Shown: one piece after another, positions 41,186 to 51,573 of the stretch
Numbering within the stretch: the first letter of the stretch is position 1
Layout of the letters: each line of letters starts with the position of its first letter
Source: Deltaproteobacteria bacterium
GTDB taxonomy: Bacteria > Desulfobacterota > Desulfomonilia > UBA1062
Direction of reading: 5' to 3'
DNA: 64,000 nucleotides
Assembly: GCA_029547045.1 (NCBI GenBank)
Contig: JAKPQL010000063.1
Span: 119,727 to 183,726 of the forward strand
The notes under the pieces: generated by a model
The model's input: the letters and a program-made list of their open reading frames with translations, nothing else
Told to the model about the DNA's origin: nothing
Database searches by the model: none
Position numbers and translations under genes: made by a program

Positions 41186-41540
41186 GGAGCGCAGCCTTGC
41201 GGGCCTTCTCCTCGGCTTCCCGGTACTTGGCGAGGCTGGTGTTCTTGAAGCGCTCCACGAACCGGGGGTGCTCCATGTAGGGCAGGTTGGTGTGCAGGAA
41301 GGAGTCCTTCAGGTCCCTCTTCACCTCAGAGAGCTCCCGCGCGTGGACCCCGGGCTTGTTGAGAACCCGGGTGAGGCTGAGGCGCCCGCCGGGGCAGTAC
41401 TTTCTCAGCTCCCCGTCATCTTCTCCCAGGGCCACGGAAAAGGTGATGGCCAAGTGTACCATGTACAGCTCGCCGGAGAGGTGCGTGGTCTTGTCCTCCA
41501 CCTCTATGAGCACGCCGTTCACAAGCTCGATCCGTTCCAT
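41175..41540 (-). CDS. Hypothetical protein overlapping the mutS start
   Basis: ORF with GGGAG RBS. Confidence 0.75.
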   Translation of the reverse strand: MERIELVNGVLIEVEDKTTHLSGELYMVHLAITFSVALGEDDGELRKYCPGGRLSLTRVLNKPGVHARELSEVKRDLKDSFLHTNLPYMEHPRFVERFKNTSLAKYREAEEKARKAALHEA

Positions 41541-41546
41541 ACTCCC

Positions 41547-42398
41547 TTAGGGATAATACGAGGCGGGGGCCAAAAGCAAGTGCTTGTCGCAGAGCCTCAC
41601 CGGCGCTGAGGGCGGGTCCGGATGTCCGGATACCGGCGCAGATGAGAAGAAGTCCGCCGTCACCTCGACGGCTACATCACCCAGCAGGGCGTCGAGCGCC
41701 TCGAGGATGAGGGGGACATGGTCGGGCCGTGCGCAGGAGGCCTCCACAAGCGCGGTGTATGGTCCGTCCCGGTATCCGGTCCTCCACACGAGCCTGTTCG
41801 TGGCGGTCTCCACCATCTCTGCGCTGACTTGTGCAAAGACCTCCACCTGGTAGTTCTCGAGACCGATATAGCGACAGATGGCGCCGTAACGCTCCAGGCA
41901 CACCACGATCAGGTGATCGGCATGCATGGATCTGCCGAGGTTCCGGTAATCCCGACCTGCGTACTCATCCCCGCTCCCATGGCCAGTGAATCGTTCCAGG
42001 GTTTCCAGGTCGATGTCCTGCCCCACAGGGAATGCGCCAAGACCTCTCGTTGCCAGCCCCTGGACGAACAGGGACCGGATCTTGTAGAGACCCTGCGCCC
42101 TGAATTCCCTGGAGGCATCCCTGAGGGTCCGCGTCTCGTACAGGCGCATGGGGTGCTCGTGGTATTCGAGTCCCGGGCCGGAGAGAATCGCGGACCCGCC
42201 GAACACCATGGAGGTATCTGCGGCACTGACGACCACCTCGGGGCCGGGGAACCTGGCAAGGGCAACCCCCACCCGCGTGTCCACGCTGCTCCAGAACGCA
42301 GAATCAACGGGGATATGGCCCTGGCCGGCGCACCCCGAGATGATCAGGGCAACGATGACGGATATGGTTCCATGCTCGATCTTCACGGCAATAGCCAC
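41547..42398 (-). CDS. Hypothetical lipoprotein
   Basis: Hydrophobic N-terminus ending ISGC; GGGGTGG RBS-like. Confidence 0.6.
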   Translation of the reverse strand: MAIAVKIEHGTISVIVALIISGCAGQGHIPVDSAFWSSVDTRVGVALARFPGPEVVVSAADTSMVFGGSAILSGPGLEYHEHPMRLYETRTLRDASREFRAQGLYKIRSLFVQGLATRGLGAFPVGQDIDLETLERFTGHGSGDEYAGRDYRNLGRSMHADHLIVVCLERYGAICRYIGLENYQVEVFAQVSAEMVETATNRLVWRTGYRDGPYTALVEASCARPDHVPLILEALDALLGDVAVEVTADFFSSAPVSGHPDPPSAPVRLCDKHLLLAPASYYP

Positions 42399-42568
42399 CC
42401 CTTACCCATATGGCAGCACAGCCTGCAGCGCCACCCACGATAAAAGCCCATGCCCCTCCCTCCACGGACCCACGTAGCGTACTCCCCCTTGCATCTTCCC
42501 GTCATTCCAGGAATTCTATGCAAACTCCATCAGGTCTCAGCTGCCTGGAAGATGACCCCGCCGGACTC

Positions 42569-43351
42569 TCAGTACAGCACCATGACCGACCGCATGAAGT
42601 TCCAGGCCTGATCCAGCGAGCCGCTCATGAGCATGGGCATCATCCTGATGATGAGCGCCGTGAAGACGAGCCCAACGGCAATGGTCAGCGGGAAGGCCAT
42701 GAGGAACACGTTCATCTGCGGCAGGGCCCGCGCGATGATGGCAAAGGACACGTTCACCAGCAGCAGGGTGCCCATCACCGGCGCGGCCACCTTGATCCCG
42801 ATGGCGAACATATGGCCAGCATAGGTGAGAGCTGCCATGAAAAACGGGGTGCGCACCGGGCCGCCGCCCACGGGAATGATGGAGAAGGAGTCCACCAGGG
42901 CCCTGATGAGCATGTGGTGCCCTTCAAAGGAGAAGAACAGGAGAAAGGCGGTGATGTAGAGGAGATTGGACGTGATGGGCGCCGAAGCCCCGGTCATGGG
43001 GTCCACCACGTTCGCGATGGAAAATCCCATCTGGAAGCCCATGAGCTCGCCGCCGATCTGGATGCCCGCGAAGATCACGTCGATGGCGAGCCCCAGTGCG
43101 AGGCCGACGAGCATCTGGTGGACCAGGATGGACGTCAGCAGGAGGAGGTTCAGGTCCTCGGGTCTGATCTGCACCTGCGGCACGACGGGCACGAGGATGT
43201 AGCTCAGGAAGAGCGCGATGATCGCCGTGATCCTGCGCGGGATGATCTCCGCGCTGAAGAAGGGCACCACTGCGAAGACAACGCCGATACGGACAAAGAT
43301 GAGGAACAGGGAGAGAAAGTCAGACCATGCGAAGCTGATGAGCTCGTTCAT
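42569..43351 (-). CDS. fliR: Flagellar export protein FliR
   Basis: GFQMGF..ANVVDP, GHH.LIRAL..SF, RALPQMNVF. Confidence 0.95.
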   Translation of the reverse strand: MNELISFAWSDFLSLFLIFVRIGVVFAVVPFFSAEIIPRRITAIIALFLSYILVPVVPQVQIRPEDLNLLLLTSILVHQMLVGLALGLAIDVIFAGIQIGGELMGFQMGFSIANVVDPMTGASAPITSNLLYITAFLLFFSFEGHHMLIRALVDSFSIIPVGGGPVRTPFFMAALTYAGHMFAIGIKVAAPVMGTLLLVNVSFAIIARALPQMNVFLMAFPLTIAVGLVFTALIIRMMPMLMSGSLDQAWNFMRSVMVLY

Positions 43352-43617
43352 CGCACAAGGTTGGGGATGTTTGCGAAGAGGTTCGTCGTGTACGTGACGA
43401 GCTTCTCCATGATCCACGGCAGCGCCACCAGCAGGGCCAGAAAGACCACCACGATCTTGGGCACGAAGGTGAGCGTCATCTCCTGGATCTGGGTGACTGC
43501 AGAGAATATGCTGATGGAGAGACCCACGAGCAGGCCCATCAGCAGCATGGGAGCGGACACGAGGAGCGTGATCTTGATGGCCTCGGCCATCATGGTGGTG
43601 ATGGTTTCCGGTGTCAT
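43348..43617 (-). CDS. fliQ: Flagellar export protein FliQ
   Basis: [15 protein letters not shown]. Confidence 0.97.
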   Translation of the reverse strand: MTPETITTMMAEAIKITLLVSAPMLLMGLLVGLSISIFSAVTQIQEMTLTFVPKIVVVFLALLVALPWIMEKLVTYTTNLFANIPNLVR

Positions 43618-44372
43618 CCGACAAACCCCCGTATGATTGATCCGACAAGCAGGTTCCACCCGTCCACCAGCACGAAGAGCATGATCTTGAACGGCAGGGA
43701 GATCATGACCGGCGGCAGCATCATCATGCCCATGGACAGCAGGATGGACGACACGACCATGTCGATGATGAGGAAGGGGATGAACAGGATGAACCCGATC
43801 TGGAAGGCCGTCTTGAGCTCGCTTATCATGAACGCGGGGATGAGCGCCCGGGTGGGCACGTCTTCCTTGTTCCTGGGCTTTTCCCTGGTGGTCAGGCCCA
43901 TGAAGAGCTGCAGGTCGGTCTCCCTGGTCTGCTTGAACATGAAGTCGCGGATGGGCCCCTCGGCGTTCGTGAGGGCCTGGCCGAAGGTGATGCTCCCGTT
44001 CTTGTAGGGGGTCAGGGCCTGCTCATTGACCTTGTCCAGGGTGGGAGACATGATGAAGAACGTCAAAAAAATGGCGAGTGCCGTGAGCACCTGCATGGGG
44101 GGCATCTGCTGGGTGCCCAGGGCCTGGCGGAGAAAGCCCAGCACCACCACGATGCGGGTGAAGGCGGTGACCATTATCACGATGGAAGGGGCCAGGGCCA
44201 GGATGGTCAGGATGAACAGGATCTGGAGGGCCCCCACCACGTCCTCGGGGCTCCCCGCCTGCTTGACCCCCAGGCTGACGCTGGGGATGGTGACGCCCTC
44301 TGCGGCGTGCAGGACCGCGGGTATGCACGCTGCGATGATGAGCGCAGGAACGAGCATGCGAAGCGTCTTCAT
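43614..44372 (-). CDS. fliP: Flagellar export protein FliP
   Basis: [42 protein letters not shown]. Confidence 0.97.
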   Translation of the reverse strand: MKTLRMLVPALIIAACIPAVLHAAEGVTIPSVSLGVKQAGSPEDVVGALQILFILTILALAPSIVIMVTAFTRIVVVLGFLRQALGTQQMPPMQVLTALAIFLTFFIMSPTLDKVNEQALTPYKNGSITFGQALTNAEGPIRDFMFKQTRETDLQLFMGLTTREKPRNKEDVPTRALIPAFMISELKTAFQIGFILFIPFLIIDMVVSSILLSMGMMMLPPVMISLPFKIMLFVLVDGWNLLVGSIIRGFVG

Positions 44373-44740
44373 TGCCGCTCTCCCCCCTGGTACTGGGACA
44401 GGGAGTGCTCGAAGTCGCCCTCCTGCATGTCCTTGAGCAGGGTCACGGCACCGGCGGTGACCCCGATGAGGAGCACCGACCTGCCGACCCTTATGAGCGC
44501 GAGGCTCGCCCTGTTCCCCACGGACACCTGCCCGAGCACGTCCAGCCCGAGGGACTTGCGGACCCTGGCCACGGGACCGTAACGCCTGACGGCCCATGCC
44601 AGCGCGAACATGAGGGCGATGACGAGCAGCAGGGACGCCGCTGCCCTGAGGCCCGTGGACACGGCGCCCGCCTCGGCCGCCAGGAGCGGCTGGCCGTACG
44701 AGAGGATGCACAGGAGTGCCGCTGTGTTCAGGCGCCTCAT
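44369..44740 (-). CDS. fliO: Flagellar protein FliO
   Basis: TM plus LIRVG...LLIGVT; position between fliN and fliP. Confidence 0.88.
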   Translation of the reverse strand: MRRLNTAALLCILSYGQPLLAAEAGAVSTGLRAAASLLLVIALMFALAWAVRRYGPVARVRKSLGLDVLGQVSVGNRASLALIRVGRSVLLIGVTAGAVTLLKDMQEGDFEHSLSQYQGGERQ

Positions 44741-45231
44741 GCGAGCCTCTTCACCCGTTCCAGGGGGCTCACGATGTCCGTGATCCTGATGCCGAACTTT
44801 TCGCTCACCACCACCACCTCGCCCCGGGCGATGAGCTTGTTGTTGATGAGGATGTCCAGGGGCTCCCCCGCCAGCCTGTTCAGCTCGATGACCGAACCCT
44901 GCCCGATCTGCAGCAGGTCGTTGATGAGCATCCTGGTCCTGCCCATCTCCACGGTCACCTCCAGGGGGATGTCGAGGATGAAGTCGAGGTCCTTGGCAGG
45001 ACCGGCCGCCGGTCTCGTCTCGTCGAGCTCGGTGAAGGTGGCCTTCCTGGCGGTCTTGTCGAAGGGCTTTCCCTCCTCGATCTCCGCCCCCGATTCCAGG
45101 GCCTGGGCCCAGTCTTCGGCAAGCTTGTCCTGGTCGAGGCCCGCGTCCTTCTTCCCCTCGGAGTCCCCGCCCATGAGCTTGTCGATATCGTCCTGGCTGA
45201 GCGTCCCGCCCGTCTTGTCGTCTAGTGCCAT
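44737..45231 (-). CDS. fliN: Flagellar motor switch protein FliN
   Basis: [15 protein letters not shown]...AGEPLD...ARGEVVVV...FGIRIT. Confidence 0.97.
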   Translation of the reverse strand: MALDDKTGGTLSQDDIDKLMGGDSEGKKDAGLDQDKLAEDWAQALESGAEIEEGKPFDKTARKATFTELDETRPAAGPAKDLDFILDIPLEVTVEMGRTRMLINDLLQIGQGSVIELNRLAGEPLDILINNKLIARGEVVVVSEKFGIRITDIVSPLERVKRLA

Positions 45232-45241
45232 ACCCCCCTCC

Positions 45242-46231
45242 TTAGTAGAGCTTCCTGTCGATGGTTCCCACCACGTCTATTGCGAGACAATCCTTGATCC
45301 TGCCCGGCCGCGCATAAAATTTCGGCAGGTTCTGCACTTTCACCACGAGCGGGTCGTTGATGTCCTTGTCCAGGACCACCACGTTCCCGGGCCTCAGCGA
45401 CGCGAGGTCACGGGGCGAGATCATGCTGCGGCCGAGTTCCACGTCCACGTCCACGTACACGCCCATGAGCTCTCCCTTGAGTCGGTTGACCCAGGCTCCG
45501 TCTATGCTCATCTTCTCCTCGGAGTGGAAGGTTGCGTAGAGCCGGTCCCGGATGGGCTCGATGAGCATGTACGGCAGGCAGACCATGATGTTGCCGGTCA
45601 TCTCGTCCATCTCCACCTCGAACTGGACCACCACGATGACGTCCTCGTTGGGGATGATGCCCGCGAACTGGGGGTTCATCTCCGAGCGGATGTACTGGAA
45701 ATCCAGCTCGTACACCGGCTGCCAGGCGTTCACGAGCTCCTTGATGGCCGAGTGCACCACCTTGTGGAGCATGCGCTGCTCGATGGCGGTGAACTCCCTG
45801 CCCTCGACCTTCATGGTGCCGGCCCCCCTGCCGCCGAAGAAGCTGTCGATGAGCGCGAAGACGAGCTTGGTCTCCACGATGACCAGGGCATTGCCCCGAA
45901 GCGGCTCCACCCGGATGATGTGGATGCTCGAGGGCACCGGGAGAGAGCGCATGAAATTGCCGAACTTGATGGTGTCCATGGACACCGGCGTGATGTCCAC
46001 CATCTTCCTGAGCATGCTGGACAGGGTGTTCCGGAAGAAGCGTGCGAACCGGTCGTGGATGGCGTCCAGCGACGGCATCCTCCCGCGGACGACCTTGTCC
46101 TGGGCGGCGAAGTCGAAGCTCTGGAACTGCCCCTCCTCCGCCTGGGGGACCGCCGTCTCGGTGGCGATCTCGCCGCCGACCACCCCTTTCAAGAGGGCAT
46201 CAACCTCTTCCTGAGTCAGTATCTGTCCCAT
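45242..46231 (-). CDS. fliM: Flagellar motor switch protein FliM
   Basis: ILTQEEVDALL CheY-binding motif; GREFTAIE; SEMNPQF. Confidence 0.97.
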   Translation of the reverse strand: MGQILTQEEVDALLKGVVGGEIATETAVPQAEEGQFQSFDFAAQDKVVRGRMPSLDAIHDRFARFFRNTLSSMLRKMVDITPVSMDTIKFGNFMRSLPVPSSIHIIRVEPLRGNALVIVETKLVFALIDSFFGGRGAGTMKVEGREFTAIEQRMLHKVVHSAIKELVNAWQPVYELDFQYIRSEMNPQFAGIIPNEDVIVVVQFEVEMDEMTGNIMVCLPYMLIEPIRDRLYATFHSEEKMSIDGAWVNRLKGELMGVYVDVDVELGRSMISPRDLASLRPGNVVVLDKDINDPLVVKVQNLPKFYARPGRIKDCLAIDVVGTIDRKLY

Positions 46232-46240
46232 GGTACAACC

Positions 46241-46783
46241 TCACTGGACCACGAATTCCGTAAAATACACCTGGGTGACCTGCCCGGACGAAAGGTACCT
46301 GTTCACCGCGTTGGCGATCTCGCGCTTGAGCATGCGCTTGCCCGCCACGGTGGCCACGTCGTCGAAGGTCTTGTTGGACAGGATCATGAGCACCTCGTCG
46401 CGGATCTGGGGCAGCTTCGAGGCGATCTCGGAATCCGTGCCGGGGTTGTCCACCTCGAACTGCATGACCGCTTTCAGGTAGCGCTGCCCCTGGGCGTCGG
46501 CCAGGTTCACGATGAACGGGTCGAGCACCTTCAGGGGGCCGGCCGTGCCGGCCGGGCCGCCATGGCCTTCCTCACCGCCGTGCTTGACCGGCTGCTCCTG
46601 CCTGGCCTCGCCGCCTCCCTCGCCCGCTTCCTGCCCCTTCTTCGGGGACGCGATGAGAAAATAGGCCGCAGCTGCACCCACCAGGAGCAGCACGACCACT
46701 GCCGCGATGACGATGATCATCACCGGGGGCTTCTTCTTCGGTGCCGCCTCTTCCTTCTTTTCCTGTTTTTCCTCGCCAGCCAT
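46241..46783 (-). CDS. fliL: Flagellar basal body protein FliL
   Basis: Single TM; PFIVNL...RYLK, PQIRD, VYFTEFVVQ. Confidence 0.95.
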   Translation of the reverse strand: MAGEEKQEKKEEAAPKKKPPVMIIVIAAVVVLLLVGAAAAYFLIASPKKGQEAGEGGGEARQEQPVKHGGEEGHGGPAGTAGPLKVLDPFIVNLADAQGQRYLKAVMQFEVDNPGTDSEIASKLPQIRDEVLMILSNKTFDDVATVAGKRMLKREIANAVNRYLSSGQVTQVYFTEFVVQ

Positions 46784-46793
46784 ATGCGCCCTC

Positions 46794-47507
46794 CTATATG
46801 CGGTCTTTCAAGAGGATGATCTCCACCCGTCTGTTCTTCTCCCGGCCGGTGGCGGTGTCGTTGGTGGCGACGGGCCTCTTCTGGCCGTACCCTGCCACGC
46901 AGAACCTCTCCATGCCCATGCCCAGGCCATAGACGAAGAAGTCCGCCACGCTGGTGGCCCGCTGCAGGGAAAGATACCAGTTGGCGCGCCGGCTGCCTTG
47001 GTTGTCCGTGTGGCCCTCCACCGCGATGGTGGCATCCACGTCCCTGATGGTCCCCGCGATGGCGCGGAGCACCGGTTCCGCCTCCTTCCTCACCCTGAAG
47101 GAGCCTTCTTGGAACAGCACGTCGCCGCTCACCCGGATGGACAGGCCCCTGCCCGTCACCTGGACCTCGGCCTCCTCGCCTTCGGCGGGCACGTCCTGGC
47201 CGAGCTGTCTCATGGCAAGCACCAGGGTCCTGGTGAGCTCCTGCCGCTTGAGCTCGATGACCTCCTGCGTCAGTTTCACCATGGGCTCGGTGACGCGCAC
47301 CTGGTGCTCGCGCGGGTACTCAAGCGGCCCCGCCACCGAGCTGAAGAACCCGAACGCATCCTTGAGGGCCTTGCTGTCCATGGAGCTCATGGCGATGATC
47401 ATGACGAAGAACGTGAGCAGCAGCGTGACCATGTCGGAGAACGTGACCAGCCAGCCCAACCGATCGGGCAGCTTCACGGAGGTCACATCGGTGTCTTTGC
47501 GTGCCAT
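46794..47507 (-). CDS. motB: Stator protein MotB (canonical Asp present)
   Basis: WLVTFSDMVTLLLTFF; OmpA-like EGHTD, NWYLS..RA, NRRVEI. Confidence 0.93.
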   Translation of the reverse strand: MARKDTDVTSVKLPDRLGWLVTFSDMVTLLLTFFVMIIAMSSMDSKALKDAFGFFSSVAGPLEYPREHQVRVTEPMVKLTQEVIELKRQELTRTLVLAMRQLGQDVPAEGEEAEVQVTGRGLSIRVSGDVLFQEGSFRVRKEAEPVLRAIAGTIRDVDATIAVEGHTDNQGSRRANWYLSLQRATSVADFFVYGLGMGMERFCVAGYGQKRPVATNDTATGREKNRRVEIILLKDRI

Positions 47508-48295
47508 CACTGTTCTTCCAATTCGAAGTTGAATCCCTTGTAGAAGAAGGACCGCCTCCACTCCATGCGTGACTGCCGGATATTGTCAAGCGTCACGTCA
47601 CCGGGCAGATCTCCGGTGATGACGATCTCCACCCTCCGGTTCAGCCTCCTCCCGTCCTCTGTGGCGTTCGTGGCCAGCGGCCTGGACGAGCCCATCCCGT
47701 ACGCGCTCAGCCTCTCGCCCGGGATGCCCCTGTCCTCAAGATACGAGAGCACGGCCAAAGCCCTGGCCGCGGACAGTCCCCAGTTGGAGAAGAACGGCGC
47801 CTTCTCGACGGGGATGGAGTCCGTGTGCCCCGTGACGATGACCTTGTTGTCGATCCGGGAGAGGATCCGGGCAACGGCCGCGAGCACGGCCCGGCTCTCG
47901 GGTCCCAGCGCGTCGGTCTCACCGTCGAAGAGGATCCCCGCCTTGATGGATATGATCACCCCGAGTTTGCCCTGGCTCACGGAAACGCCGGTCACCGCCC
48001 CGGCCTCGTTCAGCGTGTCCTCGATGTTCCTGATGTTCACGGGCCCGGTCTCCACGGACGGCCCCTGGGGAAGGATGTTCTTCAGCATGTCCATGGAGAA
48101 GGGGCTCCTCCCCCCGGGCAGGACGCCGAAGCTCCCCATGATGGAGCCGATGGCCATCTTCTGCTTCTGGACGTCCCTGACGCTCATGGATGCGAGCACC
48201 ACGAAGAAGGTCAGGAGGATGAGGAAGAGCGACCCGAAGAGCACGATGCCCGTGTTCCTCGGCCTCTCCACATAGACGACCTTCCTGCGCGGCAT
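47507..48295 (-). CDS. MotB paralogue lacking the conserved TM aspartate
   Basis: IVLFGSLFLILLTFFVVL; GHTD, NWGLS.ARA, NRRVEI. Confidence 0.88.
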   Translation of the reverse strand: MPRRKVVYVERPRNTGIVLFGSLFLILLTFFVVLASMSVRDVQKQKMAIGSIMGSFGVLPGGRSPFSMDMLKNILPQGPSVETGPVNIRNIEDTLNEAGAVTGVSVSQGKLGVIISIKAGILFDGETDALGPESRAVLAAVARILSRIDNKVIVTGHTDSIPVEKAPFFSNWGLSAARALAVLSYLEDRGIPGERLSAYGMGSSRPLATNATEDGRRLNRRVEIVITGDLPGDVTLDNIRQSRMEWRRSFFYKGFNFELEEQ

Positions 48296-48296
48296 G

Positions 48297-49076
48297 CTAT
48301 TCTCCTCTCGGACGGCCCGCCACCTGCTCCCGCATGGCCGGGGCGAGGAACGAGTGGAGCTTGCGCTCCACGATCCGGGGGTTGTCGCCTGCGGAGATGC
48401 ACATGATACCCTCGATGATCATGCCCTTCTCCAGGACCTCCTCCCGGGAACGCATGGTGAGCTTCCCCGCCATGGGCAGGGCCACGAGGTTCGCCATGAT
48501 GGCGCCGTAGAAGGTGGTGATGATGGCCACCGCCATGGCCGGGCCGATGGTGGACGGGTCGGACATGGACTGGAGCATCTGCACCAGGCCGATGAGCGTG
48601 CCCACCATGCCCATGGCCGGGGCGAAGGTGCCGATGGAGTTCAGGATGTCGGCCCCCCTGATGTGGCGCTGCTCGATGTGCTCGATCTCGGTCTCCAGGA
48701 TATCGCGGATGGACTGGGGCTCGAGCCCGTCGATGACGAGTTCCAGACCCTGCTTGAAGAACGGGTCCCGCAGGTCTTCGGTGGCGGCCTCCAGGGCCAG
48801 GATCCCTTCCCGGCGCGCCCGGGAGGCGAAGTCCACGAACAGCGGAATCAACCCCTTGGCGTCGCGGTGCTGGGTGAAGAAGACGTTCTTCACCACGCCG
48901 AAGACGCCGAACACGTCCTTGAGGGGGTAGTTGATGAAGATGATGCCGAAGGTGCCCCCTATGGTTATGAACACGCTCGGCATGTCAACGAACAGGGTCA
49001 GCGGTCCGCCCGCCATGATCCCCATGAGGACCATGCCGAAGGCGGCCAGCACTCCGATAATCGTTGAAAGATCCAT
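48297..49076 (-). CDS. motA: Stator protein MotA/PomA
   Basis: ARREGILALE, APAMGMVGTLIGLVQML, IGPAMAVA.ITTFYG. Confidence 0.96.
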   Translation of the reverse strand: MDLSTIIGVLAAFGMVLMGIMAGGPLTLFVDMPSVFITIGGTFGIIFINYPLKDVFGVFGVVKNVFFTQHRDAKGLIPLFVDFASRARREGILALEAATEDLRDPFFKQGLELVIDGLEPQSIRDILETEIEHIEQRHIRGADILNSIGTFAPAMGMVGTLIGLVQMLQSMSDPSTIGPAMAVAIITTFYGAIMANLVALPMAGKLTMRSREEVLEKGMIIEGIMCISAGDNPRIVERKLHSFLAPAMREQVAGRPRGE

Positions 49077-49123
49077 ACCCGTACCCCTTGCTCCTCGCGG
49101 TCTGAATGCTCGATGCAGAGAAA

Positions 49124-49139
49124 AGCAAGGGCTGTGCCA
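49124..49139 (-). promoter_or_regulatory. Sigma54 promoter of the motA operon
   Basis: TGGCAC-AGCCC-TTGCT, consensus match. Confidence 0.85.
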
Positions 49140-49276
49140 CAGGGGGCGTTCGCCTCAACATACTGTTTTTATTGATTTGTATTCTTTTCGGACCAGGGGG
49201 TTCCACTCGAGGAGAGGGTCAACATTTTGACGCCGACCGGCAGACAGGGGGTCCGGGCGACAGAGCAAGGGTCTCT

Positions 49277-49319
49277 CGCCCGCCCTCTCCCGCCCTGTTC
49301 GGGCGGGAGAGGGCGGGCG
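49277..49319. repeat. Perfect 19-bp inverted repeat downstream of flgE
   Basis: CGCCCGCCCTCTCCCGCCC-TGTTC-GGGCGGGAGAGGGCGGGCG. Confidence 0.9.
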
Positions 49320-49350
49320 TTGTCACACCGTATGAGTATGAGTCAGCCCG

Positions 49351-50856
49351 TTACCGCTTCAGGTTGATGAGCTCCTGGAGCATGTTGTCCACCGTGGTGA
49401 TGATGCGGGAGTTGGCCTGGAAGCCGCGCTCCGTGGTGATCATCTTCACGAACTCGGCCGCGATGTCCACGTTGGACTGCTCCAGCGAGTTGGGCGCGAT
49501 CCTGCCCAAGCCGTTCTCGCCCGGCCGGCCGGTGATGGCGTCACCCGACTCGCGGGTGGCGGCCCAGAGGTTGCCGCCCACCTTGAACAGGGCCTGCTGG
49601 TTGTTGAACTTGGCAAGGCCCACCCGGTAGAGGTTGAGGATCTGGCCGTTACTGTAGTGGCCCGTCATGACGCCGTCCGTGCCCACGGAGATGCTCTCCA
49701 GGAAGCCGGTGCCGTACCCGTCCTGGGTCTGGTACACCGTGGTGGACGAGGACGCGTACTGGGTGGAGGTGAGCGCCTGGGGCTCCCAGGAAGAGGTGGG
49801 GAGCGCCGCGCCCCCGGCCACGTCCGCCACCGTCACGGCGGCACCGCCCCAGGTCCCGTCAGTGCTTCGGGTGCCGAACTGGGCCGAGATCACCTGGTCC
49901 ACGCCCGTGATGAACTGGGCCGTGAACTGGGGGTAGCCCTCGGCGGAGAAGGTCGTGGACCGGGTCCAGTTGGCCGGGTCCGTGGGGTCGCCCGCCCCGT
50001 CGTACACGAAGGCGCTCATGGACTCCAGGGCGCCGCTCTGGGAGTCGTAGGTCAATGTGCCCCGCATGAGCACGCCCTGGGCAGAGGTGCCCGCCACACC
50101 GGTCCTGAGGTCGTCCACGGGGTTGCAGGTGATGATGTACTCCCAGGTGTTCTCCAGGTCCGTGACACCAGGGGCATACTCGCTGGCGGCATCGAGCTTG
50201 TCGTAGATGATGGACAGGTCGTGGGAGTTGCCCTGGGAATCGTAGACCCGGATGGCGGTCTGGTACCCGTAGGCAGCGTCGCCTATGGGCTCGGCCTGGG
50301 TGGCGTCCCAGGCGCCGAACAGGCTCGCCACGTTCGTGGTGTCCTCGCTGTTCAGGTTGGTGATGGCCGTGACCGCCGCCGTGGGCTCGGGCGGCGAGGT
50401 GAAGGCGCTCAGCCGGATGTCCTGCAGCGTGCCCACGTCGTCGCCGTCCTCGTCCAGTGTCCAGCCCTGGGCCACGTACCCCTCGGGGTTGATGAACCAG
50501 CCGTCCGCGTCGAACCGGAACTGGCCCGCCCGGGTGTAGTACACGGTCTCCGATTCCTGGGGCGAGACCATGAAGAACCCGTTGCCGCCAATGGCCAGGT
50601 CCGTGGCGGACGAGGTGGACTCGAAGGAGCCCTGCTGGAACAGGGTGTCCACTGTGCTCAGTGCCGCGCCGCGGCCGATCTGGGCCGTGCCCGCCGAGGT
50701 GGCCACAGACTGTGCCAGAACGTCCTGGAACGTGGTCCTGCTCGACTTGAAGCCGATGGTGTTCACGTTGGCGATGTTGTCGCCGATGACGCTCATGGCG
50801 TTGCCGTTGGTTGAAAGACCGCTGATGCCGGAAAACAGGGAACTTGATATACTCAT
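49351..50856 (-). CDS. flgE: Flagellar hook protein FlgE
   Basis: IGDNIANVNTIGFK, DLAI.GNGFF, YTRAGQF, LEQSNVD...RGFQANSR. Confidence 0.97.
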   Translation of the reverse strand: MSISSSLFSGISGLSTNGNAMSVIGDNIANVNTIGFKSSRTTFQDVLAQSVATSAGTAQIGRGAALSTVDTLFQQGSFESTSSATDLAIGGNGFFMVSPQESETVYYTRAGQFRFDADGWFINPEGYVAQGWTLDEDGDDVGTLQDIRLSAFTSPPEPTAAVTAITNLNSEDTTNVASLFGAWDATQAEPIGDAAYGYQTAIRVYDSQGNSHDLSIIYDKLDAASEYAPGVTDLENTWEYIITCNPVDDLRTGVAGTSAQGVLMRGTLTYDSQSGALESMSAFVYDGAGDPTDPANWTRSTTFSAEGYPQFTAQFITGVDQVISAQFGTRSTDGTWGGAAVTVADVAGGAALPTSSWEPQALTSTQYASSSTTVYQTQDGYGTGFLESISVGTDGVMTGHYSNGQILNLYRVGLAKFNNQQALFKVGGNLWAATRESGDAITGRPGENGLGRIAPNSLEQSNVDIAAEFVKMITTERGFQANSRIITTVDNMLQELINLKR

Positions 50857-50876
50857 ACGTGCCTCCTTTTCTGTGC

Positions 50877-51548
50877 TTAGCCGGTGATCTTGGTTATGTC
50901 GGCGAGCGTTATCTTCTTGTCGCCCACCTGCAGGTAGATGGTGCCGTTCTCAAAGGTCACCCCGGTGACCGTGCCGTTGGCGTACGAGGTGGTGCCCACC
51001 GCGGCCCCGGTGAGACCCGTGGCCTGGATGCCGAAGTAGTACGTGCCCGGGCTGAGGACCTCGCCGCTGTTGTTCCGTCCGTCCCAGACGCAGGACACGT
51101 CACCCTGCTGGACGCCCCTCATGTCCATGGTGCGCACGGCCGATCCCGAGGAATTGTAGATTGTCACCGTCACCAGCGACGCGTTGTCCTGCAGGTTGAA
51201 GTCGATGGTGGACTCTGCGCCGGTGAAGTTGATGGTGTTACCGGTGGCGTTCACCTGCTTCCCGATGAACGAGGCTGCCTGCATGCTGTTCATGGAGTTC
51301 TGGAACCGCGCCATGAGCTCGATGTTGCTGTTCATCTCGGAGAGCGACTCCAGCTGGGAGAACTGGGCGAGCTGGGCGGTGAACTCGGTGTTCTCCACGG
51401 GGTTGAGCGGGTCCTGGTACTGGAGCTGCTTCACGAGCAGGTTCAGGAACATGTTCTTCTGCTCCGCGATCTTGTCCCTGACCGCGCCCGTCGAGGTGGC
51501 ATCCGCTGCCGACTGGTTCGCCAGGATGGTGTCCAATCCGATGGCCAT
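50877..51548 (-). CDS. flgD: Flagellar hook capping protein FlgD
   Basis: FL.LLV.QLQYQDPLNP..NTEFTAQLAQFS; WDG. Confidence 0.97.
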   Translation of the reverse strand: MAIGLDTILANQSAADATSTGAVRDKIAEQKNMFLNLLVKQLQYQDPLNPVENTEFTAQLAQFSQLESLSEMNSNIELMARFQNSMNSMQAASFIGKQVNATGNTINFTGAESTIDFNLQDNASLVTVTIYNSSGSAVRTMDMRGVQQGDVSCVWDGRNNSGEVLSPGTYYFGIQATGLTGAAVGTTSYANGTVTGVTFENGTIYLQVGDKKITLADITKITG

Positions 51549-51573
51549 GATCTTACTCCTCCCTCACACGTGT

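Noticed and set aside
45436-45460. TCCACG tandem repeat
   Set aside because: Encodes VYVDVDVE within FliM; not a contingency locus or array
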